A stretch of DNA of 64,000 bases from Macrostomum hystrix (taxonomy: Eukaryota > Animalia > Platyhelminthes), in the NCBI GenBank assembly GCA_950097015.1, contig CATNEN010000011.1, forward strand, positions 3,410,001-3,474,000, in the 5' to 3' direction. Positions within the stretch are counted from its first letter, which is position 1, and each line of letters begins with the position of its first letter. Made by a program: the position numbers and the translations under genes. The notes under the pieces were generated by a model, which was not told the DNA's origin, ran no database searches, and was given only the letters and a program-made list of their open reading frames with translations. Below, piece after piece: positions 12,101-20,900 of this stretch.

Positions 12101-13232
12101 GAAGCTGAACGCCGTCGAACTCGACCCTGGCATCGATCTCGCCGGCGACGCTGATACTGGAGCCGTTGTAGGAAAGCAGCTTCTTGTCGCACGGGCGCAG
12201 AGGAATTTTAGATCCGAAGATTTTGCGGCTTGCCTCCATGCTGAGGATGGAGACTTTGGCGGCTGTGTCCACCAGTAACGGGATGCTGTGACCATTGATT
12301 CTTATGCTGGCCCTCTTGTATTGGCCTTTGTGGCTCGACCCGACAGCGAAGATACTCTGCTGTCTGGAGCTGTCTATCTCGACGCCTTGAATCTTCTTTT
12401 GGCCTGAGGTCGGTGCCGTCGTGCTGCTCTTGCACACCTTGGCGAAGTGGTTGAGCCTCCCGCACTTCGTGCACGCCTTGCCTCGTGCCGCACAGCGCGG
12501 ATCACTGCCTGTGCGGTGGCCTCGCTGGCCGCAGTGCGAGCAGCAGAACTGGTTCTGCTGACCCGTCTGGCGCTGCTTGGCGTCGTAGGAAGCTCTCTTA
12601 AAGTTGATCTTCTTGATGCTGTCGTCGGCTGCTGTCTTGCCAGTCAGCGACTTCTCACTGTGGACCGCCATTTCCACCTGGGCTGCAATTTGGATTGCCC
12701 CGCCCAGCGTGAGCTCCTTCTCAAGTAGGAGTCTTTCGCGCACCTTTGAGGACGAGGTGCCAAAGATCAGCTGGTCCAGGATGAGGTCGTCATGGAGGAC
12801 TCCAAACTGGCAGTCCTTGGCGGCATGGCGCAGATTTGCCACAAAGGCTTGCACGCCTTCGGCGCTTCGCTGGACGCACTTCCGGAATTCGTGCCTCTTG
12901 GCATACACGCTCACTGCTGGCTGGAAGTGCTGCTTCAGGAGATCGCATGCCGCTGCTAGTGTTGTCGGAGCCGTTTCCTGGTCAGCCGAGAGAGTCCGGT
13001 AGATTCGTACTCCTTCGCGCCCAAGGCAGTGGGTGAGCAGCGCAATCTTCCTGGCTTCTTGCAGGCTATCGATTCCGGATGCTAGCAGGTAGGTGTCAAA
13101 CTCAGCGGCCCAGATTTCCCACGAAACTGCAGGTGTTCCTGGGTTGTCCAGAAATGGTGGAGGTTCTCTGAGGTTCAGGCGTAGTGCTGGCGCTGTGGCA
13201 TTCTCAGTGCTACCCATTTCCGATTGGCTCAA
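9174..13232 (-). CDS. Gag-Pol polyprotein (Gag Zn knuckles, aspartic protease, RT, RNase H, integrase)
   Basis: Motifs are CSHCGQRGH and CTKCGRLNH (knuckles), LLVDTAAKVS (protease), RLCVDLR and YQDDI (RT), CDSSDVALGA and YSATEKEALA (RNase H), and HQGHLG...CSAC plus TDNGPQF...GGVERFN (integrase). The PR-RT-RH-INT order is Gypsy-type. Confidence 0.96.
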   Translation of the reverse strand: MSQSEMGSTENATAPALRLNLREPPPFLDNPGTPAVSWEIWAAEFDTYLLASGIDSLQEARKIALLTHCLGREGVRIYRTLSADQETAPTTLAAACDLLKQHFQPAVSVYAKRHEFRKCVQRSAEGVQAFVANLRHAAKDCQFGVLHDDLILDQLIFGTSSSKVRERLLLEKELTLGGAIQIAAQVEMAVHSEKSLTGKTAADDSIKKINFKRASYDAKQRQTGQQNQFCCSHCGQRGHRTGSDPRCAARGKACTKCGRLNHFAKVCKSSTTAPTSGQKKIQGVEIDSSRQQSIFAVGSSHKGQYKRASIRINGHSIPLLVDTAAKVSILSMEASRKIFGSKIPLRPCDKKLLSYNGSSISVAGEIDARVEFDGVQLPLFTFTIVMDGDDLMGIDLMDKLDCKVLGPSGHQIFTISSGNEASGRPPMPDWIPAKYHTLGTGLGEIKGFCHRPRVDPTVPPVAQRMRRLPLALRQECAAEIHRWKEEGIIERAEGDVPDWQSNVTCARKSDGKLRLCVDLRSVNKAIVPDSMSLPTFADLVTEFSNSKWFSRIDLNQSYLQLPLHEDAKNLTCFHTESGLYRFKRMPFGISSAPAAFQKVVGKILEGIDGIMHYQDDIAVHAATEAEHDKRLFRVLDKLLHHRVTINLKKCVFKVPEIQFVGHRISATGIQPLQSHAESVEQLKAPTNASELASFLGFAKFLQFYIKNLSHVAEPLTALLRKDVPWNWDKKCEAAFSEVKRLISSAPCLKFFDQSHETVVSCDSSDVALGATLGQIDERGQLRPVAFASRALSDTERRYSATEKEALACVWSCEHWHLLLYGRKFKLLTDHQALTTLLSARGSGQRPLRLQRWCERLFVYDFDIEYVPGKLNVKPDFLSRYGYDRKKIGQESIDQRQTESDINLVLARSSEPISVAQLAEATASDDQLQRVVQFVLNGWPTETPSDLKGFHQVQHELCLWNDGRCLARGSRAVIPASLRDLVLTEAHQGHLGVAKVKARCRETVWWPRIDSDVETFVRNCSACILSEKAFKPIKVPWSTTGLPAGPWRQLQVDIVGELPATEAPNSHRFLIVVHDLYSKWPEIIASSSVTSTACIEALRSLFVRWGLPDEITTDNGPQFVSSEFTDFLSSLGIKHRRTPFYCPQQNGGVERFNGFIKSSLRALLADGVAMKQAVQELLLAYRSAEHALTKKTPAEMMLGRKLRLHLDRLQPAEPESAPSQALRRTVQEQQQRAESRRKPSKQNQQSRSAALTVGSRVRVRRPKKSKLGSGISEPMTVVGRNGNTLTLTDGSRWHISRCIPDNRRGWCDDDGDGELPPQPAGAPTSPAPPMPPLRRSERHRAPPQRFGSVVTHD

Positions 13233-13341
13233 CTGGCTGACTTGCAGTTGTGAGTGCCGTATGAGTGCGAAAATCGCTTAGTGGGCCTGGCTGCCGTGAG
13301 TTGATTGGCTGGACTGCGCTGGTTTGGGGGGTTTGCTCTAA

Positions 13342-13359
13342 CCCCTGCTTGCGATGCCA
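13342..13359 (-). promoter_or_regulatory. Primer-binding site, tRNA-Ser-like (inferred)
   Basis: TGGCATCGCAAGCAGGGG lies 1 nt after the 5' LTR. Its complement ends ...CCTGCTTGCGATGCCA with a G discriminator, resembling eukaryotic tRNA-Ser 3' ends. Confidence 0.65.
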
Positions 13360-13360
13360 G

Positions 13361-13534
13361 TGTTGTGGCTGCTAGCCAAATAAGCGAGGCGAGGCCAAGT
13401 CCAGTTAACCAAGGGTGAGGGTGCTCTCTCGCGTAGCGAGAGCCGTGTATATATATTATTGAACTTGAACCTCACATGTACATTGATTACATAAGTACAC
13501 TATGAGCAAATGTGCACGTAGGCCATTCACAACA
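13361..13534 (-). repeat. 5' LTR (174 bp)
   Basis: Identical to 8870-9043 by eye. Confidence 0.97.
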
Positions 13535-14010
13535 CCCACAGCCTTGTGTATCCCACACTGTCCCAGATCCCACAGCCTTGTGTATCCCACACTCTCCCAG
13601 ATCCCACAGCCTTGTGTATCCCACACTCTCCCAGATCCCACAGCCTTGTGTATCCCACACTGTCCAAGATCCCACAGCCTTGTGTTATCCCACACTCTCC
13701 CAGATCCCACAGCCTTGTGTATCCCACACTCTACCGGATCCCACAGCCTTGTTAATCCCACACTCTACCAGATCCCACAGCCTTGTGTATCCCACACTCT
13801 ACCAGATCCCACAGCCTTGTGTATCAAACACTCTACCAGATCCAACATTTTCCCAGATCCCGCAGCCTTGTGTATCCCACACTCTCCCAGATCCCACAGC
13901 CTTGTGTATCCCACACTCTCCCAGATCCCACAGCCTTGTGTATCCCACACTCTCCCAGATCCCACAGACTTGTGTATCCCACACTCTCCCAGATCCCACA
14001 GCCTTGCTTA
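13535..14010. repeat. 34-bp minisatellite, right part
   Basis: Same unit as 8643-8869. It explains the overlapping junk ORFs at 13456-14070. Confidence 0.95.
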
Positions 14011-14389
14011 TCCAGTACAATCCAAATTTTTACAGCATTTTTCCTCAACGTCTTAATCCTTAATCTTTAATCTTTAACATCCTGAACTTAATTGATACTG
14101 AAATTTGTGATTATTTAATTAGAATCGCATAAAGCATTTCTAGTTAGTTATGTGCGCTTGTCAATAGGACCATAGACAGTCACACCCGGCCTAAAAATCT
14201 CAATAATTATATTGAGAAGCAAAAAACTTCCTAATCAAATTCTGTTGGTAGACGCTATCACACACTTGTGTGTTGCTGTGGCATCGGCTATTTTAAAAGT
14301 AACCGCCAGCGGGTATTAAATAGCAATTTAAATACTAATTTGTTGCAAATTTATGCTCTGAAAAAAGTTATTAACGAAAAACAGGCAGC

Positions 14390-17300
14390 ATGTCAAAGTT
14401 CAATGTGGACAAGATTTCTGTTAGCCAGACAAAATGCTTCTTCGACGACAAGACTGGCACGAAAGTTTACGAGAAGCCCTGCCTCATGCAATACGAGAGT
14501 CAGCACTTCAAATGCAAGGCCATCATTGAGTTAGAGGAGTGTGTTGCTGATCGCAATTGGACTATTGGTCTCATACAGGTGCGTTTCAACTCCCGCCGTC
14601 TCTCATCCACCTGTTCTCATCCCCCTGTTCTCATCCACCTGTTCTCAAAAACCTGTTCTCAAACACATGTTCTCAAACACCTGCTCTCATCCACCTGCTC
14701 TCATCCACCTTTTCTCATCCACCTGTTCTCATCCACCTGCTCTCATCCACCTGTTCTCATCCACCTGTTCTCATTCACCTGTTCTCATCCACCTGCTCTC
14801 ATCCACCTGTTCTCAAACACCTGTTTTCAAAAACCTGTTCTCAAACACATGTTCTCAAACACCTGCTCTCATCCACCTGTTCTCATCCACCTTTTCTCAT
14901 CCACCTGTTCTCATCCACCTGCTCTCATCCACCTGTTCTCAAACACCTGTTCTTAAAAACCTGTTCTCAAACACATGTTCTCAAACACCTGCTCTCATCC
15001 ACCTGCTCTCATCCACCTGTTCTCATTCACCTGTTCTCATCCACCTGCTCTCATCCACCTGTTCTCAAACACCTGTTTTCAAAAACCTGTTCTCAAACAC
15101 ATGTTCTCAAACACCTGCTCTCATCCACCTGCTCTCATCCACCTTTTCTCATCCACCTGTTCTCATCCACCTGCTCTCATCCACCTGTTCTCACCTTTGA
15201 GAACACCTGTTCTCAAAAACCTGTTCTCAAACACATTTTCTCAAACACCTGCTCTCATCCACCTGTTCTCATCCACCTGTTCTCATCCACCTGTTCTCAA
15301 ACACCTGTTTTCAAAAACCTGTTCTCAAACACATGTTCTCAAACACCTGCTCTCATCCACCTGCTCTCATCGACCTGTTCTCATCCATCTGCTCTCATCC
15401 GCCTGTTCTCAGACAATTGTTTACAAACACCTTTTCTCATCTACATGTTATCAAAAACCTGTTCTCATCGACATGTTCTCAAACACCTGTTCTGAACTAA
15501 CTTTTCTCAACCATCTATTCTCAAGCGCTTTTTCTCAAACATATTTTCCTAAACACCTGTTTTAAAAAACCTTTACTCAAACGCAATTACTTAGCTACTT
15601 ATTCTCAAACACTATTTCTTGAACACCTGTTCTCAATGACCTTTAGAACATCACATGTTCTAAAAGAGATGTTCTCCAACACCTGTTCACAAAAATCTCA
15701 AATCTCTGTTTTCAAATCACTTTCTCAAACACTTGTTTTCAGCTAAATTTTCTTAAAAACCTCGTCACCAGGTCTCAATCACCCGTTTTCAGTCACAGCT
15801 GTTATTACGTATCTGTTCTCAAATTAAATTTCCTAAACACCTGCTCTTAAACAAGTGCCTCAAATCACTTGTACTCAAACAACCGTACTCAAACACCCGT
15901 ACTCAAACACCTGTACTCAAACACCTGTACTCAAGCACCTGTACTCAAGCACCTGTACTCAAGCACCTGTACTCAAGCACCTGTACTCAAGCACCTGTAC
16001 TCAAGCACCTGTACTCAAGCACCTGTACTCAAGCACCTGTACTCAAACACCTGTACTCAAGCACCTGTACTCAAGCACCTGTACTCAAACAACCTGTACT
16101 TAAACACCCGTACTCAAACACCTGTTACTGCGCAGGCATGCGACAGCATGTACCTGGAGAACAAATACGGTCGGCACGGCAGCTCATTCTGGGAGTTTCA
16201 TCCAATCAAATCCGGCCGGCACCGGATGGTTAACGATAGCGACGGTAGGCAGTACCCGTTCTACAGTGTCACCTCCAGCAAGTGCGAGATTAACAGAGGA
16301 GCGGTGCATAATTGCGTAGTCAAACTGCAATACGCTGATCACTTTTATCCCACTGTGGTCTGGGATCTGCCATACTGCGGTGGAGCCAGACTTACTGAGG
16401 TCATCCGAAAACAGGACTTCTGGATCTGGCTCGTGAGCTGGGAGATTCTGGGAAAACTCAAATCATGTCCCCTCATACAAATATACATCCCCATCCCCCA
16501 TCCCCACATCCCAACATCCCCATCCCCACATCCCCACATCCCCACATCCCCATCCCCATATCCCATCCCCACATCCCATCCCCACATCCCATCCCCACAT
16601 CCCATCCCCACATCCCATCCCCACATACCCATCCCCATATCCCCCATCCCCACATCCCATCCCCACATCCCCATCCCCACATCCCCATCTCCATATCCCA
16701 TCCTCACATCCCCATCCCCACATCCCCATCCCCACATCCCCATATCCCCCATCCCCACATCCCATCCTCACATCCCCATCCCCACGTCCCCATCCCCACA
16801 TCCCCATATCCCCCATCCCCACATCCCCATCCCCACATCCCCATCCCCATATCCCCCATCCCCACATCCCCATCCCCATATCCCCATCCCCACATCCCCA
16901 TCCCACATCCCCATCCCCATATCCCCATCCCCACATCCCCATCCCCACATCCCCATCCCCATATCCCTCATCCCCACTCATCCTCTCATCCCGTAAATTC
17001 TGTCCCCTCCTTCCCGATTGCTTGTCGCATCCCTAAAAAATCGCATTGCCCACTGCTGCCAGGTGGCTGTACGCAGGGCAGGTCACTACAACCGCGGCAA
17101 CGACGTCTTCCACATGGGCAAGGACGAGCTGTTCATCCTGCGCAGCATGCGGTGGCACTACTGCCTGCACATGAACTTTGATCCCGACGAGCGAGTCGGC
17201 AAACGGCTTCGCTCCGTTGTTGATCGGCAGTTCGAGGAGCCCAGTATACTGTTGCACTCTGACGAGCCGGTGCCACTATCCGCAGTACATCCGCCGCATT

Positions 17301-17725
17301 GTAACGCTGCCCAGTCGTTGATCTGGTACCCGAATTCAACAAGTCGACAACAGCCGGAGCTACTGGTTCCGCCCAGGCAGATCATTGTGCCATGGGAGCG
17401 CTGGTCAGCTGAAATGCTTCCAGGCATGAAGGCGAAGCCTCCGCGACCGCGCGAAATGCGCGTCTGTCCGCTCTGGTCGAAGGACGCCAACATTGGCCTG
17501 GCCCCGGTGAAACTGCAGCATCAGCAGAAGCAGCTGCAGTTGAAGCAGCAGTTGAAGCAGCAGCGAGACCCATTAGCAGGCAAACTGATCAGACCCCAGA
17601 AGAAGAATGTCGTGGGCAGAGGGGACGTCTTTGGCGGCGCCTTGAACTCGGCTGAAGCTTCGTCGCTTATGATGTCAATCACAGATGCGACAGCAACAGC
17701 AGCAGCCACTGCGACATTGATCTAA
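14390..17725 (+). CDS. FAM78: FAM78 family protein (FAM78A/B-like)
   Basis: Exons 14390-14578, 16136-16432 and 17063-17725 (phase 0, GT-AG) give 382 aa. Motifs WTIGLIQACDSM, SFWEF, VNDSDGRQYPFY, DHFYPTVVWDLP, KQDFWIWLVVA and AAQSLIWYP match the recalled FAM78 motif order. AATAAA is at 17855-17860. Confidence 0.85.
14590..16130. repeat. 14-bp minisatellites (tcatccacctgttc grading into tcaaacacctgtac) filling FAM78 intron 1
   Basis: Direct units with a degenerate middle. They run from about 10 nt after the donor to the acceptor. Confidence 0.9.
16485..16985. repeat. C-rich (ccccat/ccccacat) array in FAM78 intron 2; G4-prone on the minus strand
   Basis: The minus strand has dozens of GGGG runs separated by 2-4 nt. 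Confidence 0.95.
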
Positions 17726-17909
17726 AGACAGCATTATAACTAATTTTGAATTTTAAAACACAGTTTTTTATTTTTAAACACAGCTATTCTTGGTTCATTC
17801 AATTTATTTGAAAGCCGCTTCTATTGTGTAAAAAAGATGTACTTTTAAAATCGCAATAAAACAGTTCCTATGTACATTCGTTTATTGTCTGACGCCTAAC
17901 TTTCTTTGT

Positions 17910-20900
17910 TCAAAAAAGAAAATCTGTGAATTTCAATTTCACAGTCGAAGGCCTACAATGCCTTGGTATTATTTAGACATACGTGCATAATGAAAATATA
18001 CGGTTCACTGTCTACCCAGCAAGTTTTTCATTTCCATTTTGTTAACAGCAACAACTTCGGCGGAGCTTTGCTTGGTTATTAATTAGTTTGTAGGTTCATT
18101 ATGCTCACGTACTGTATCTTCCCTGACAGTCTCTTCCCCGACAGTCTCTTCCTTTATAGTATTTTCCCTGACAGTCTCTTCCCTGACAGTCTCTTCTCTG
18201 ACAGTCTCTTCCCTGACAGTCTCTTCCCTGACAGTCTCTTCCCCGACAGTCTCTTCCTTTATAGTATTTTCCCTGACAGTCTCTTCCCTGACAGTCTCTT
18301 CTCTGACAGTCTCTTCCCTGACAGTCTCTTCCCTGACAGTCTCTTCCCTGACAGTCTCTTCCCCGACAGTCTCTTCCTTTATAGTATTTTCCCTGACAGT
18401 CTCTTCCCTGACAGTCTCTTCTCTGACAGTCTCTTCCCTGACAGTCTCTTCCCTGACAGTCTCTTCCCTGACAGTCTCTTCTCTGACAGTCTCTTCCCTG
18501 ACAGTCTCTTCACTGACAGTCTCTTCCCCGACAGTCTCTTCCTTTATAGTATTTTCCCTGACAGTCTCTTCCCTGACAGTCTCTTCTCTGACAGTCTCTT
18601 CCCTGACAGTCTCTTCTCTGACAGTCTCTTCCCTGACAGTCTCTTCTCTGACAGTCTCTTCCCTGACAGTCTCTTCTCTGACAGTCTCTTCCCTGACAGT
18701 CTCTTCTCTGACAGTCTCTTCCCTGACAGTCTCTTCTCTGACAGTCTCTTCCCTGACAGTCTCTTCTCTGACAGTATCTTCCCTGACAGTCTCTTCTCTG
18801 ACAGTCTCTTCCCTGACAGTCTCTTCTCTGACAGTCTCTTCACTGACAGTCTCTTCCCTGACAGTCTCTTCCCCGACAGTCTCTTCCTTTATAGTATTTT
18901 CCCTGACAGTCTCTTCCCTGACAGTCTCTTCTCTGACAGTCTCTTCCCTGACAGTCTCTTCCCTGACAGTCTCTTCCCTGACAGTCTCTTCCCGGACAGT
19001 CTCTTCCTTTATAGTATTTTCCCTGACAGTCTCTTCCCTGACAGTCTCTTCTCTGACAGTCTCTTCCCTGACAGTCTCTTCCCTGACAGTCTCTTCCCTG
19101 ACAGTCTCTTCTCTGACAGTCTCTTCCCTGACAGTCTCTTCACTGACAGTCTCTTCCCCGACAGTCTCTTCCTTTATAGTATTTTCCCTGACAGTCTCTT
19201 CCCTGACAGTCTCTTCTCTGACAGTCTCTTCCCTGACAGTCTCTTCTCTGACAGTCTCTTCCCTGACAGTCTCTTCTCTGACAGTCTCTTCCCTGACAGT
19301 CTCTTCTCTGACAGTCTCTTCCCTGACAGTCTCTTCTCTGACAGTCTCTTCCCTGACAGTCTCTTCTCTGACAGTCTCTTCCCTGACAGTCTCTTCTCTG
19401 ACAGTATCTTCCCTGACAGTCTCTTCTCTGACAGTCTCTTCCCTGACAGTCTCTTCTCTGACAGTCTCTTCACTGACAGTCTCTTCACTGACAGTCTCTT
19501 CACTGACAGTATCTTCCCTGACAGTCTCTTCCCTGACAGTCTCTTCCCTGACAGTCTCTTCCCCGACAGTCTCTTCCCTGACAGTCTCTTCCTTTATAGT
19601 ATTTTCCCTGACAGTCTCTTCCTTTATAGTATTTTCCCTGACAGTCTCTTCCCTGACAGTCTCTTCTCTGACAGTCTCTTCCCTGACAGTCTCTTCCCCG
19701 ACAGTCTCTTCCCTGACAGTCTCTTCCTTTATAGTATTTTCCCTGACAGTCTCTTCCTTTATAGTATTTTCCCTGACAGTCTCTTCCTTTATAGTATTTT
19801 CCCTGACAGTCTCTTCCCTGACAGTCTCTTCTCTGACAGTCTCTTCCTTTATAGTATTTTCCCTGACAGTCTCTTCCTTTATAGTATTTTCCCTGACAGT
19901 CTCTTCCTTTATAGTATTTTCCCTGACAGTCTCTTCCTTTATAGTATTTTCCCTGACAGTCTCTTCCTTTATAGTATTTTCCCTGACAGTCTCTTCCCTG
20001 ACAGTCTCTTCCCTGACAGTCTCTTCCTTTATAGTATTTTCCCTGACAGTCTCTTCCCTGACAGTCTCTTCTCTGACAGTCTCTTCCCTGACAGTCTCTT
20101 CCCCGACAGTCTCTTCCTTTATAGTATTTTCCCTGACAGTCTCTTCCCTGACAGTCTCTTCTCTGACAGTCTCTTCCCTGACAGTCTCTTCCCCGACAGT
20201 CTCTTCCTTTATAGTATTTTCCCTGACAGTCTCTTCCCTGACAGTCTCTTCTCTGACAGTCTCTTCCCTGACAGTCTCTTCCCCGACAGTCTCTTCCTTT
20301 ATAGTATTTTCACTGACAGTCTCTTCCCTGACAGTCTCTTCTCTGACAGTCTCTTCCCTGACAGTCTCTTCCCCGACAGTCTCTTCCTTTATAGTATTTT
20401 CCCTGACAGTCTCTTCCCTGACAGTCTCTTCTCTGACAGTCTCTTCCCTGACAGTCTCTTCTCTGACAGTCTCTTCCCTGACAGTCTCTTCTCTGACAGT
20501 CTCTTCTCTGACAGTCTCTTCCTTTATAGTATTTTCCCTGACAGTCTCTTCCCTGACAGTCTCTTCTCTGACAGTCGCTTCCTTTATAGTATTTTCCCCT
20601 GACAGTCTCTTCCTTTATAGTATTTTCCCTGACAGTCTCTTCTCTGACAGTCTCTTCTCTGACAGTCTATTCCCTAACAGTCTTTTCCGTGACAGTCTCT
20701 TCCCTGACAGTCTCTTCCCTGACAGTCTCTTCCCTGACAGTCTCTTCCCTGACAGTCTCTTCCCTGACAGTCTCTTCCCTTATAGTCTCTTCACTGACAG
20801 TCTCTTCCCTTATAGTCTCTTCACTGACAGTATTTTCCTTGACAGTCTCTTCCCTAACAGTCTTTTCCCTGACAATCTCTTCCCTGACAGTCTCTTCCCT

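Larger units (their letters stand above)
8870..13534 (-). mobile_element. Full-length Ty3/Gypsy LTR retrotransposon (Mag-like, single gag-pol ORF)
   Basis: Two 174-bp LTRs are identical by eye, with TGTTGTG...CACAACA termini. The CCCAC target-site duplication is at 8865-8869 and 13535-13539. A PBS, a PPT and an uninterrupted 1352-aa ORF are present. Confidence 0.97.
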
